Source: a virus
Reading direction: 5' to 3' (one strand)
Length of the DNA: 64,000 nt
IMG/VR virus record: IMGVR_UViG_3300035670_000145
Location: 1 to 64,000 of that record
A program made the position numbers and the translations under genes. The notes under the pieces were generated by a model. That model saw only the letters and a program-made list of their open reading frames with translations. It searched no databases and was not told the DNA's origin. Below are positions 47,379-55,781 of this stretch, one piece after another; the first letter of the stretch is position 1, and the number at the start of each line of letters is the position of its first letter.

Positions 47379-47636
47379 TCATTGCTGGTTGCAGATACCT
47401 ATCAGAACTTCTTCCACATATTTGTGGGCAGAGCGGAGACTGTCAAAAGCAGCTTGCCTTTCTTGGCGATGCTGGTAAAAAGCATCTGGACCTTGTGGAT
47501 AAAAATCCCGACCATTTGACTCGGCAGCGGCTAGAGCATCAATCGCCTTGTCAATGGCATCGTACGCAGCAGCGTAACCATCGCGCAGGTCGGTGAAGCC
47601 GGTGCCGTTGAGATGGATGGTGGGGATGGTTGCCAT
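47379..47636 (-). CDS. Hypothetical early protein
   Basis: PTIHLNGT...NGRDFYPQG. Confidence 0.75.
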   Translation of the reverse strand: MATIPTIHLNGTGFTDLRDGYAAAYDAIDKAIDALAAAESNGRDFYPQGPDAFYQHRQERQAAFDSLRSAHKYVEEVLIGICNQQ

Positions 47637-47652
47637 GGGAAAGAAAGGAAAG

Positions 47653-47723
47653 GGCGTTGCCGCCGGACAAAGGAACAATACAGGCAAGAGGGGCCGAAAC
47701 CCCTGCTTGTCACAAAGCTTCAC
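47653..47723 (-). promoter_or_regulatory. Early promoter cassette 3
   Basis: GTGAAG-N4-GTGACA, AGGGGT-TTCG-GCCCCT, TATTGT, GGCG-GCAA-CGCC. Confidence 0.7.
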
Positions 47724-47976
47724 AAACAGCGTCAATCAGTTTCTTCTGTGCCACTCGCTTGCCATTAACCTTCCAAATCGTGGTGCTACTCCAGCGACCA
47801 CGGCCCATGCACCGAGGCACAATCCAGCAAGCTATTTCCTTTCCATTAAATTCTCCAGAAGCAAAACCTCCAGCGCTGCTTCCATTTTTGCAGCTCTGAG
47901 AAAATGCTTGGTCATAAAGCTTGCCAGTGAAGACAGTGGCGTCAGAAACAAGAAATAGAGCGTCCATGGTGATCAA
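47710..47976 (-). CDS. Hypothetical protein
   Basis: ORF in operon. Confidence 0.6.
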   Translation of the reverse strand: MITMDALFLVSDATVFTGKLYDQAFSQSCKNGSSAGGFASGEFNGKEIACWIVPRCMGRGRWSSTTIWKVNGKRVAQKKLIDAVCEAL

Positions 47977-48212
47977 ACGTTGATGATGTTGTTGAAATAC
48001 TGTTCAGCTTCCCACTTGTGATCGAACAGGCCGTAGGAAGTGTCGTGAATAGAAAGCTCAGTCAAGCGCTCCCAGCCATAGGCTTCCCATTTGACGGTGC
48101 CATCGGCACAGTGGAATTTGCGCACGCCATAGCCAGAATGCTGGGCTTGGCGGTCGGCTTCGAGCTTGGCGAGGTAAGGGCTCTCGCGGTGGCCTTCGAT
48201 GGTGCGGTGCAT
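47973..48212 (-). CDS. Hypothetical early protein
   Basis: ATG downstream of promoter cassette. Confidence 0.6.
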   Translation of the reverse strand: MHRTIEGHRESPYLAKLEADRQAQHSGYGVRKFHCADGTVKWEAYGWERLTELSIHDTSYGLFDHKWEAEQYFNNIINV

Positions 48213-48227
48213 GACTTTGGTGACGGT

Positions 48228-48297
48228 GGGCTCGCGCCCGTGATAGAACAATAGAGGCAGGAGGGGCCTGGTCAGCCCCTCCGCAACAATTGTTTAC
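48228..48297 (-). promoter_or_regulatory. Early promoter cassette 4
   Basis: GTAAAC-N4-GTTGCG, GGAGGGGC/GCCCCTCC, TATTGT, GGGC-GCGA-GCCC. Confidence 0.7.
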
Positions 48298-48475
48298 AAA
48301 CGGTTCGGGCCTTGCATGCCCTGCACCACCATGAAGCTCTTAGTGGTGAACACGGCTTTGAGGCTTCGAGCCTGTCGTTCGAGGGCATTGCGGTCAGGAC
48401 TGGAATCAAGCATGGTCCAATCCATGCCTGACTCTGCCCATAGGCTCCAAACGTCGCGATCAAGAACTGCCATGA

Positions 48476-49063
48476 TCAGTCCCTCACCATGACGGGCAAC
48501 AGCAAGAACTGAAGCTCAGTGTCTCCTAGGCTTGTAGTGAGCAGCAGTGGCGAAGTGGAAGATTCTCCCATTCGCACCTTGATATTGACAGAATCTGCAA
48601 GCTTTGCGCTGATGTCGCAAATGGTGCGCATGTATTCGCTGTTGAGCACTATGGGCTTGGCCGGAGCATTTGCCATGCTGGCCGGATCTGGCCAGAGACT
48701 ATCAAAGTGAGAAGGAAATTCACCCCTGTTGTCACCTACGCAGGGGCGAGCTTCTAGCAAGTCCATCACGCCTTCTTTCTTTCCTCCATAGAACCTTGAT
48801 TCTCCATTGTTGATGATTGCCTTTTGTGCATAGGCCACTTTCTTTTTGAAGGTTTTTGCTGGTATCAATGCTTCTGGGCTTTGCATGAAACAAAGAGGAC
48901 CAAATGGCACCAGGCAGCGAAAAGCGAAGTGGCCATTAGTGGCGGCAATGCGCATGCCACGAGGAGTGCTTTTCAAGTGGATGTCAGTAATGGCACCTTT
49001 GTAGGCGTCAGGATGGACAAATTGTGCTGCGATGTGCAGCAGGATTGCAGGAGCTTCGATCAT
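48476..49063 (-). CDS. Beta-clamp-like (DnaN-fold) protein, short
   Basis: IAATNGH, EFP, LNSEYM, SPLL, LLLPV motifs echo DnaN domains. Confidence 0.55.
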   Translation of the reverse strand: MIEAPAILLHIAAQFVHPDAYKGAITDIHLKSTPRGMRIAATNGHFAFRCLVPFGPLCFMQSPEALIPAKTFKKKVAYAQKAIINNGESRFYGGKKEGVMDLLEARPCVGDNRGEFPSHFDSLWPDPASMANAPAKPIVLNSEYMRTICDISAKLADSVNIKVRMGESSTSPLLLTTSLGDTELQFLLLPVMVRD

Positions 49064-49098
49064 GATGATTGCAATGGAGGGGAAGGGAAAGGAAAAAG

Positions 49099-49377
49099 TC
49101 AGAACACCAGCTCTTTGCCATTGGCCTTGATGCTCACCACGCGCTCGCAATCAAACGAGCGCCAGGCACCTTGTCCTTCGTTGCGGGCGATGGAGAAATC
49201 ACGACAGCGGATGATGCTCACCTTGCGAGAAGGAGTGCCAGTGCCCTTAATTTCTTTGGTGTCGCGAGGGTTAAACTGCAGCTTGCGCACGGTGCCATCG
49301 GCTTTTATGAACTGCACGCTGACGATGCTGCTGCCAGCTTCAAAGATGAATTTCTTGATGAAGGAGGTTTTGTCCAT
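49099..49377 (-). CDS. WYL/SH3-like beta-barrel protein
   Basis: V.F.K.DGTVR...D......WRSF. Confidence 0.65.
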   Translation of the reverse strand: MDKTSFIKKFIFEAGSSIVSVQFIKADGTVRKLQFNPRDTKEIKGTGTPSRKVSIIRCRDFSIARNEGQGAWRSFDCERVVSIKANGKELVF

Positions 49378-49411
49378 GGGAGAGGAGGAAGTGGGCTCGC
49401 GCCCTTGATGA

Positions 49412-49642
49412 CTATGATTGCTGGTCTGAGGCCTTTTGTGAAGCCCTTCGGGCATTAGCGTTGCTTATGGCCTTGTGCATGTCCTTTTCGGCATTGCGCA
49501 GGGCGCGATCATCGCTTACGCTCTGTGGCGCCACGAACGTGGCCCCGTTTGGATGCTTGAAAACGAAGTGGCGCTTGGTGCGGGCGAGAATGAAGCCTAG
49601 GCTTGTGGCCATGGCGACAATGCGCTTGTTTGCTTCTTTCAT
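49412..49642 (-). CDS. HicA-like protein
   Basis: GF...R.KRH.VFKHPNG......SD.RA.RN. Confidence 0.6.
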   Translation of the reverse strand: MKEANKRIVAMATSLGFILARTKRHFVFKHPNGATFVAPQSVSDDRALRNAEKDMHKAISNANARRASQKASDQQS

Positions 49643-49800
49643 TGGCCTAGGTGCGTGATGGCGCAATAGCGCTGCGGGTGAAGCTGCGTGCAAGCCTGAT
49701 AGGCCTGACGATCAGGCTTGGGGAGAGGCTCGGTCACATGGGACCACGCCAAGGCAGTCAGCATGGCTGAGAGCGATGCTAGGGCTAGAAGGTTCTGCAT
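49639..49800 (-). CDS. Small membrane/secreted protein
   Basis: Hydrophobic N-terminus; C...HP.RYC. Confidence 0.5.
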   Translation of the reverse strand: MQNLLALASLSAMLTALAWSHVTEPLPKPDRQAYQACTQLHPQRYCAITHLGQ

Positions 49801-49886
49801 GAAAGAGAGGCGAACCAGCTCACAATACCGAGCCAGCCCGCCCCTGAAAATGCTTTGTTGCTTTTTGCAATACAAGGTCAGCCGGC

Positions 49887-49914
49887 AAAAGAAAAGCGCC
49901 CCTCGCGGAGCGCT
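49887..49914 (-). terminator. Terminator after rlpA-like gene
   Basis: AGCGCTCC-GCGA-GGGGCGCT-TTTCTTTT. Confidence 0.7.
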
Positions 49915-49936
49915 CGTGGATTCTCGTTCTTCGGCA

Positions 49937-50299
49937 TCATGCCCTGGCGTAGCAGAGCCGCGCAACTCCTTGTGAGGGATTGGCCACGCGAGCAAAAGCA
50001 CCGTAGGAAAGATCAAGAATGCGATCGCCATACCAAGGGCCTCGGTCGGTCACCCTCACCACCACTGACTTTCCATTGCGGGGATTGACGATGCGCAGGC
50101 GGGTGCCGAGGGGGAGCGATGGAGAAGCAACGGTGAGGCCGTAGGCATCGAAACGGCTACCATCAGCAGCTCTCTGGCCGTCGTAGCCATCTCCAATGCC
50201 ATAGTGCGAAACCAAGCCGCACGACGATCCAGCCTCCGCAGCGAATGGCACCAAAGCACCAAGGGCGACGGAAGCAGCAGAGAGAAAACGAAAAAGCAT
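49937..50299 (-). CDS. rlpA: RlpA-like lytic transglycosylase (DPBB domain)
   Basis: Signal peptide; S.YG...A.G..F...LPLGT...VRVTDRGP...ILDLS. Confidence 0.85.
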   Translation of the reverse strand: MLFRFLSAASVALGALVPFAAEAGSSCGLVSHYGIGDGYDGQRAADGSRFDAYGLTVASPSLPLGTRLRIVNPRNGKSVVVRVTDRGPWYGDRILDLSYGAFARVANPSQGVARLCYARA

Positions 50300-50412
50300 C
50301 AGGAAGAGAAAGTAAGTAGCAGGGACCAGGGAGTCGCCTCCTGGCAGCCCTTACTGTACCAAAGTCGTCAAGCCTTTGTGCCGGGCGACAGTGAAGGTGC
50401 TATGCTTTGCAA

Positions 50413-50570
50413 GCTTGAGTTGGTCCTGAGCGAAAGCTCCGTCGTTGACGCCGTAAGGGTGGACGCTTCAGAACAGTGGGTGACTTCGCGAGAACCACCA
50501 AGGCAATGCATGGGCCTGTAGGGCACTGTTCCCCTTTGTTGAGGGACCATGGAGCATCGGAAGCTCAAGC
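50413..50570 (+). ncRNA. Candidate ~160-nt multi-stem ncRNA
   Basis: Extended -10 TGcTATGCT at 50398-50406; closing stem GCTTGAGTT/AGCTCAAGC; GGTCCT/GGGACC; GAACAGTG/CACTGTTC; GNRA loops; terminator follows. Confidence 0.7.
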
Positions 50571-50579
50571 AGCGGGAAG

Positions 50580-50603
50580 GGGGAGCGAAAGCTCCCCTTT
50601 TCT
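50580..50603 (+). terminator. Terminator of candidate ncRNA
   Basis: GGGGAGC-GAAA-GCTCCCC-TTTTCT. Confidence 0.75.
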
Positions 50604-50822
50604 ATTGCTTTGCAGGAGCAATAGGTGTTTTATCCGGCAGTGATAATTGCACTAAAAAGCGCCCCTTAATGGCGCTGTTGATTGCTGCTAGTCCAGGACG
50701 TATCGCCTGGTATGGGCTCCATACCAAATTCCCAATCGTCATAGTCAGGAGAGTTGCGCAGAGCCGCCTTTTCTTGCATTGAAAGGCCGCCTTTTCCTGC
50801 ATTGGAAAGACGGCCCTCTTGT

Positions 50823-51155
50823 TCAGAACTGGTATGGTTCGCTGCTGATTGCCACTGCATAAGCTTCAAGGTAAGCCATGAGATCATCTTCGGACGGAGC
50901 ATCAGTTTGAATTTCATCGTGCTGTTGCTTGTGCTTTGAGAGAGCTCCTTTGAGGCTGAAATAGAGCCTTTCCATCACAAGACGGTTGGCCATGTTTTCC
51001 TCGCGAAGCATGGTCTCTTCCAATGTAGTGAGCCATTCTTCAAGGTCTTTAATGCGGAAGCTCCATGCAACGACAGGGTGGTTGCCGTTCATCACCAAAG
51101 AATTGCTCTTGGTGAAAGCAGAGGTGCCAAGCGAGTCGCGGTAGATGGTTGCCAT
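50823..51155 (-). CDS. Hypothetical protein
   Basis: ATG with pyrimidine-rich leader; TTGACG upstream. Confidence 0.65.
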   Translation of the reverse strand: MATIYRDSLGTSAFTKSNSLVMNGNHPVVAWSFRIKDLEEWLTTLEETMLREENMANRLVMERLYFSLKGALSKHKQQHDEIQTDAPSEDDLMAYLEAYAVAISSEPYQF

Positions 51156-51226
51156 GGGAAGAAGAAAGGATTGATCGCCTGCTTAGTGTGCCGCTGTCCT
51201 CAGACCTTCGTCAAGCCTTCTGGCCA

Positions 51227-51592
51227 TTAGCGCTGCTTATCGTTGGTTTTCCATGCCATCGCTAGCATTCTTCCTTTGCCTACCGGCCTCAGCACCACAT
51301 GCCTCCCTGCCCTGACAATCACATTTTGGAAGGCCTGCCGCTTAGCTTTGTTCAATGGTTCAAGAGGCTCTTCTAGCCAGCTCGAGGCCCAGTCAGCCAG
51401 TTCCTCAACGTCGCTTAGCTCAGACGTACGCAGAACGAAATGGCGCCCTTGCTGGGCCATCTTTTTCCATGCAGGATGCACCAGCGGCTCTTCTGCGGCC
51501 ACGTATTCAGCTTCTTGCTTCAGGATGGGCGGAATGCAAATGGTGACCATGGGAGGCATGATTAGCGCAGGGGCTGGGGAGGTCATCGTCAA
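51227..51592 (-). CDS. Hypothetical protein
   Basis: ORF co-oriented with neighbours. Confidence 0.6.
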   Translation of the reverse strand: MTMTSPAPALIMPPMVTICIPPILKQEAEYVAAEEPLVHPAWKKMAQQGRHFVLRTSELSDVEELADWASSWLEEPLEPLNKAKRQAFQNVIVRAGRHVVLRPVGKGRMLAMAWKTNDKQR

Positions 51593-51725
51593 AGCAAAGC
51601 AACAACAAAAGCAATGGGAAGAGAAATTGTTTGATAGGCAAGCGATCGAGCCTGGTTCTCGTTATAAGCCAAAAGGCACAGTTGCAAACCATTCTCAAAA
51701 GTAATCTTATAAGGGCCTAGCCAAC

Positions 51726-52190
51726 TCATGATTCCCCTCCATTGAAAATATCTTCTACGCTACGGCCGCTTTCTTCAATTTGTTCAAGCACTGCCTGATT
51801 GATTTGCTTCTTCAGCACGTTTCGATAGTCCTCGTCTCCGCCAAACGACCCAATGTCTGAGAGAATGCGAAGTGCGGTGGTAATTTTTGATAAGTCGCTC
51901 ATGGTAAGCATGGCTTCTGCATAGCCATCATTGGCCAAATGCTCTTCAAGCATTTCTTGATGAGTGGAGGCCCATTTGCCAATGGCCACCATGCCCACTT
52001 GCTTTAAGGCTTCATCACCAAACTGTTCGTATAAATCTTCCAGGGCTGCTGCCATAGCCGGAGGCATGGCATAGGTGGATGGATCGTCAAGGAAAGGCTC
52101 GAGGTGTTCGTTAATGGCTTCCCTTTGCTTAGCCTTTGCGCCCTGCGCTTTGCGCAAGAAATCGCCAACGGAACCAAGCGAAAAATCCAT
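51726..52190 (-). CDS. Hypothetical protein
   Basis: Helical acidic ORF. Confidence 0.7.
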   Translation of the reverse strand: MDFSLGSVGDFLRKAQGAKAKQREAINEHLEPFLDDPSTYAMPPAMAAALEDLYEQFGDEALKQVGMVAIGKWASTHQEMLEEHLANDGYAEAMLTMSDLSKITTALRILSDIGSFGGDEDYRNVLKKQINQAVLEQIEESGRSVEDIFNGGES

Positions 52191-52270
52191 GGAAGAAAAG
52201 CAACAACACTAGCCTGACGACAAGCGAAGCTATTGTCAAGCCTTTAGAAGCTTAAGACAATGGAAGAAGA

Positions 52271-53011
52271 CTAAGGGGAATCATCTTCGGGCATGGTCAG
52301 CATTGGCCTGCTGTTGCCGGTGGGTTCGCCGTCGTCGTCAAACTCAGGCTCCACTTCTGCTTTTGCATCAATGGCAGAAGCTCTGAGTTCGGAATTGCTC
52401 TCAGCTTCTTTGATCTTTTTTACTTCCTTGGTGAGCGTATCCAGGAAGTTCTTGTAGCCGCTCTTTTCTGCCGTTTGAGGCTTGATGTCGAACAGGCCAA
52501 TGAGCTTTGCTTGCTGTTCCAGACAACTGCGTGCAATGCCTAAGAAACCGCTTTCACCAGCGCTCTCCTCAATGCGCACAATTGTTTCGTCTTTGCTTTC
52601 GTTGTAAGTGGTGACTTTCTTGCGCTTGCTTTGCTCGAACGATTCCAGGGCTTTGTTCTTTAACTCGTCCTGTTCCTGCACCAGCCGTGCCCGCCAAGTG
52701 TCCTGGCTCTTCAGGATTTCATGAGTCCAGATTTGACGATTATGAATGCGATCGGAACTGACGGTCTCTTTTGACAGCAGCAACGCTTCAGCGATTTGCT
52801 TATTGCTCATGCGAGCTGCAAGCAGCTCCTGCACCATGTAGCGCCGCTGTCCAGTGAGGTCTTTGTCGTAAGGGATTTTGCCAGGGCCTAGCCCCACTTT
52901 ATTGCGAATGCGATCAATTTGCTCTGGTGTAAATCCTGCCTCTACAAGCACTTTCGTTGCATATTGCAACTGCTCTTCTTTAGAAGCAAAAGAAATCTCA
53001 GGAAGAGGCAT
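52271..53011 (-). CDS. HTH protein, probable terminase small subunit
   Basis: RR..V.EL....MS..QIA..L..S..TVS.D HTH; G...FL.......Q.AKLIGL.D. Confidence 0.55.
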   Translation of the reverse strand: MPLPEISFASKEEQLQYATKVLVEAGFTPEQIDRIRNKVGLGPGKIPYDKDLTGQRRYMVQELLAARMSNKQIAEALLLSKETVSSDRIHNRQIWTHEILKSQDTWRARLVQEQDELKNKALESFEQSKRKKVTTYNESKDETIVRIEESAGESGFLGIARSCLEQQAKLIGLFDIKPQTAEKSGYKNFLDTLTKEVKKIKEAESNSELRASAIDAKAEVEPEFDDDGEPTGNSRPMLTMPEDDSP

Positions 53012-53030
53012 GGTCGTTCTTTGTTGGCCT

Positions 53031-53207
53031 CTATTCTAGAGGGGCATTTCCTTTGCCTATCAGGCTTCTGGCGAACAGGGCCGAAAAGCGCTCAAGCTTT
53101 TGTGGTGCCACTGACGATGGAGAGGAGCTGATGGCATGAAGCAAACTTTTCATTTCATTCCATTCTTCCTTGGAAAGCAATGGAGAAGGATCAAAAGGAG
53201 CGCTCAT
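53031..53207 (-). CDS. Hypothetical 58-aa protein (not in ORF track)
   Basis: LSKEEWNEM...ERFSALFARSLIGKG. Confidence 0.55.
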   Translation of the reverse strand: MSAPFDPSPLLSKEEWNEMKSLLHAISSSPSSVAPQKLERFSALFARSLIGKGNAPLE

Positions 53208-53353
53208 TGTGCAACTAAATAGTAAAGAAAAAGAAGGGCTGCAACAATGCCGCCAAACGAAAGGAAGCCAATAATGCCACTAATCAAACCAATCCTAATT
53301 TCATGGCTTTTGATTTTGGCATCAATCATTGCAGCCACCTCTTCTTTGTCCAT
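53204..53353 (-). CDS. Small membrane protein (not in ORF track)
   Basis: MDKEEVAAMID...HEIRIG plus hydrophobic tail; ATGA coupling. Confidence 0.55.
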   Translation of the reverse strand: MDKEEVAAMIDAKIKSHEIRIGLISGIIGFLSFGGIVAALLFLYYLVAQ

Positions 53354-53355
53354 TG

Positions 53356-53673
53356 TCAAAACACTTCTTTAGGAAGGGTGAAGACAAGGCTTTCTTTAAC
53401 TGACAAGATAGAAAAATTCCCCATGTCATCGGCCAGTTTTTTGGCTTCTTTCAAGGCAATTTCCATGCTCCTTATTTCACTCCCATAGTCCTTTCCAGAA
53501 CGTCGTTGAATACGAATGGTGCCATAAGGGCTGTCGCAATTTTCAGAGCCTTCCTCGCGCATTAGCTGGAAGATGTCTGCTTTGCATTGTTCTTCGCGAG
53601 CTGAAAGAGCTTTTTGATTGGTTTTGATTGTTTCCAGCTCTTTCAAGAGATCGAGCATTTCTTGCGAAATCAT
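53356..53673 (-). CDS. Hypothetical coiled-coil protein
   Basis: ORF in operon. Confidence 0.65.
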   Translation of the reverse strand: MISQEMLDLLKELETIKTNQKALSAREEQCKADIFQLMREEGSENCDSPYGTIRIQRRSGKDYGSEIRSMEIALKEAKKLADDMGNFSILSVKESLVFTLPKEVF

Positions 53674-53743
53674 AAGCCTGTCTCGTTAAGCAAGATGATG
53701 ATCGAGCAAATTATGACAGCCAAGAAGGCGATTGTCAATGTTG

Positions 53744-53980
53744 TCACGAGGCCTCTCCACTTGCGACAAAATTGCGATTGATGAGAGAGACAATTTCCTC
53801 GTAAGTGCTACGCCAGTGACGCTCACCGTCTTCGGGATTGCGGGCTCCGTAAAGCATGCGCGATCGTGGTGCAGCACCCCTGTCAGGCATTGAGAAACCA
53901 TGGTGATGAATGGCTTCAATTTTCACTCCCTGGTGTTCGAGCGTGGGGAGCTTGTCAGGAGCGAGAGGAGGCTTAGGCAT
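53744..53980 (-). CDS. Hypothetical protein
   Basis: ATG ORF. Confidence 0.6.
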   Translation of the reverse strand: MPKPPLAPDKLPTLEHQGVKIEAIHHHGFSMPDRGAAPRSRMLYGARNPEDGERHWRSTYEEIVSLINRNFVASGEAS

Positions 53981-54074
53981 TGTGCCAGTAAAAAGCCTTT
54001 GTAGTTTAAGAGAAGATTGTTGAGAAGAGCGCTATGAAAAAGCTCGCCTGGGGGCTCGCCTGCTCGTACGCGCT

Positions 54075-54311
54075 CTAGCAAGGGTTACTTAGCAGGATTC
54101 TCAATAAACGACGCTTATCGAGAATCCAATTATTCCCCTCCATCGCTCTTTCCAGAAGAAGCGCCGCAGGGCTAGTGATGCAGCTCTGCGCGTGGTCATG
54201 CCGGCTTGCCCTAGGCGCGTAGATGCGCATGGTCAAGCCTCCGGACGATTGTAAAACTTGCCGCAAGCTCAAATGTGCCAGTTCAGAAATTGGCACAATG
54301 GAAAAGAGCAT
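54075..54311 (-). CDS. Hypothetical protein
   Basis: ATG ORF. Confidence 0.45.
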   Translation of the reverse strand: MLFSIVPISELAHLSLRQVLQSSGGLTMRIYAPRASRHDHAQSCITSPAALLLERAMEGNNWILDKRRLLRILLSNPC

Positions 54312-54441
54312 GGTTGACGCTGGTGTACCATGACGAAGTCCTCGGCCATGCCATGCCCATGCTTCGTGACATTTGGCTCATTGCAGCGCTCTACTGGAGC
54401 GTCTGTGCTTTGTTGATTTTTCTTGCTAGTAAAATCCTTCC

Positions 54442-54846
54442 ATGACTTACAAAGAAATGCACGAGCAGTGGAAGGCAGACGCAGCTCGCTGGCCAGAGGC
54501 CATCCTGGAACTTCGCGCCAGGGTCGAGGCGCTGACAATTGCTAATACGGCACGAACAGTAGAAATCCTGTGCCTAACCAATGCTGTTGCCAATCAGGTG
54601 CCAGACAGAACAAAACTGTTCGTGGATGCAATGGTTGACGACAATGATTATCAGCCATCTTCTAATTCCTCCCAAAATGGGAGTTCGCTGGTTGAGCGAG
54701 TGGAAGATGCTTTGATGCACGAAGTAGGCTTGCGCCCCATGGCTTGCGCCGCGATCCGCGAGGTGGCGGCGTGGATGACCAGCAATCCCGATGTTTACTT
54801 TCCACCTGCGCTTGTCTTTGCCCTTGAGCAAGAGACTGAGCGATGA
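54442..54846 (+). CDS. Hypothetical mosaic protein
   Basis: ILELRARVEAL; SLVERV; AAIREVAAW modules. Confidence 0.65.
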   Translation: MTYKEMHEQWKADAARWPEAILELRARVEALTIANTARTVEILCLTNAVANQVPDRTKLFVDAMVDDNDYQPSSNSSQNGSSLVERVEDALMHEVGLRPMACAAIREVAAWMTSNPDVYFPPALVFALEQETER

Positions 54847-55067
54847 CCCCTGCCGAAGCTGGCTTCAATGGACAAACGCTGTACGGGCCAGAAGGGTTTG
54901 TATTTATGCTCAAGCGAGGCAACAAGCCTCCTAGTGACTATCCAGAGCATAAATTCGCTAAGCAGTTGATCTGGTATTGTCCGGAAAATCAAAATGCTTG
55001 CTTGCTTTGGTGCAATGCCGACAATCAATGGTTCAATCTGACTTTTTCTTTCATTGAAAAACCATGA
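54843..55067 (+). CDS. Hypothetical protein
   Basis: ATGA coupling on both sides. Confidence 0.6.
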   Translation: MTPAEAGFNGQTLYGPEGFVFMLKRGNKPPSDYPEHKFAKQLIWYCPENQNACLLWCNADNQWFNLTFSFIEKP

Positions 55068-55408
55068 CAAAAGAATTTCCCATCACCCCACCACCAGAAC
55101 TAATTGAAGACTGGATTGAAATTGCTAAACCTGAACCGTGGAAGCGTCCGCCTGATCCAAATGTACTTTGTACGCTTGCCGCCCAATGGGGCGCAGACCA
55201 GGAGCTGGAGGCGTGCTGTGAGCTTATGGACCGCGCTTTCATGGCTGGTCCCTCCGACCTCCGAGCCGCCCGCCGCCCCAAGCCGCCGAGCTTGAAGAAG
55301 CAGGCGCTGGAAGCGTTCAAGCGTTTCACCAGCGGCAACAACGGCATAGTTGATGACATGCGAGACGGCGGCATCATCCGCCGCGCTTTGGAGTCAATTA
55401 ATGACTAA
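55064..55408 (+). CDS. ITPPPEL-family paralogue 1
   Basis: ITPPPEL...WGADQELEACC...RRPKPPSLK.QAL...IRRALE. Confidence 0.7.
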   Translation: MTKEFPITPPPELIEDWIEIAKPEPWKRPPDPNVLCTLAAQWGADQELEACCELMDRAFMAGPSDLRAARRPKPPSLKKQALEAFKRFTSGNNGIVDDMRDGGIIRRALESIND

Positions 55409-55781
55409 CAACAAACAACATTCAATCACCCCACCGCCGGAGCTGGTGCAGCAGTGGATAACTGAATACACAGAAACCAAGGCAAACTGCCTCGGAACAG
55501 AGTTCATCGCTAGCCGCGCCGCACAATGGGGCTATCAGCAGGCCCAGCCGGAGAAGGCGCATTATTACATCGCCTGGATTTTGTTTGAGGCTGACGGCAA
55601 GCTCCGTCCAGAGGCGTTTGAGGTTTTGGCGGCCTGTGGAATAATCCCGGCCGCCCGCCACGGCAAGTCGTCGAACTTGAGGGAACAAGCGCTAGCGCTT
55701 TTAACCAAAAACCCGTCGCGCATACCCAATGCACAGGAATGGGACACCATCCGCCGCGCACTGGAGCAACTTGATGACTGA
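55401..55781 (+). CDS. ITPPPEL-family paralogue 2
   Basis: ITPPPEL...AAQWG...LREQAL...IRRALE. Confidence 0.7.
   Translation: MTNNKQHSITPPPELVQQWITEYTETKANCLGTEFIASRAAQWGYQQAQPEKAHYYIAWILFEADGKLRPEAFEVLAACGIIPAARHGKSSNLREQALALLTKNPSRIPNAQEWDTIRRALEQLDD

Noticed and set aside
50758-50815. Short ~23-nt imperfect tandem duplication (ATGCARGAAAAGGCGGC)
   Set aside because: Real but tiny, and probably local slippage; no function can be supported.
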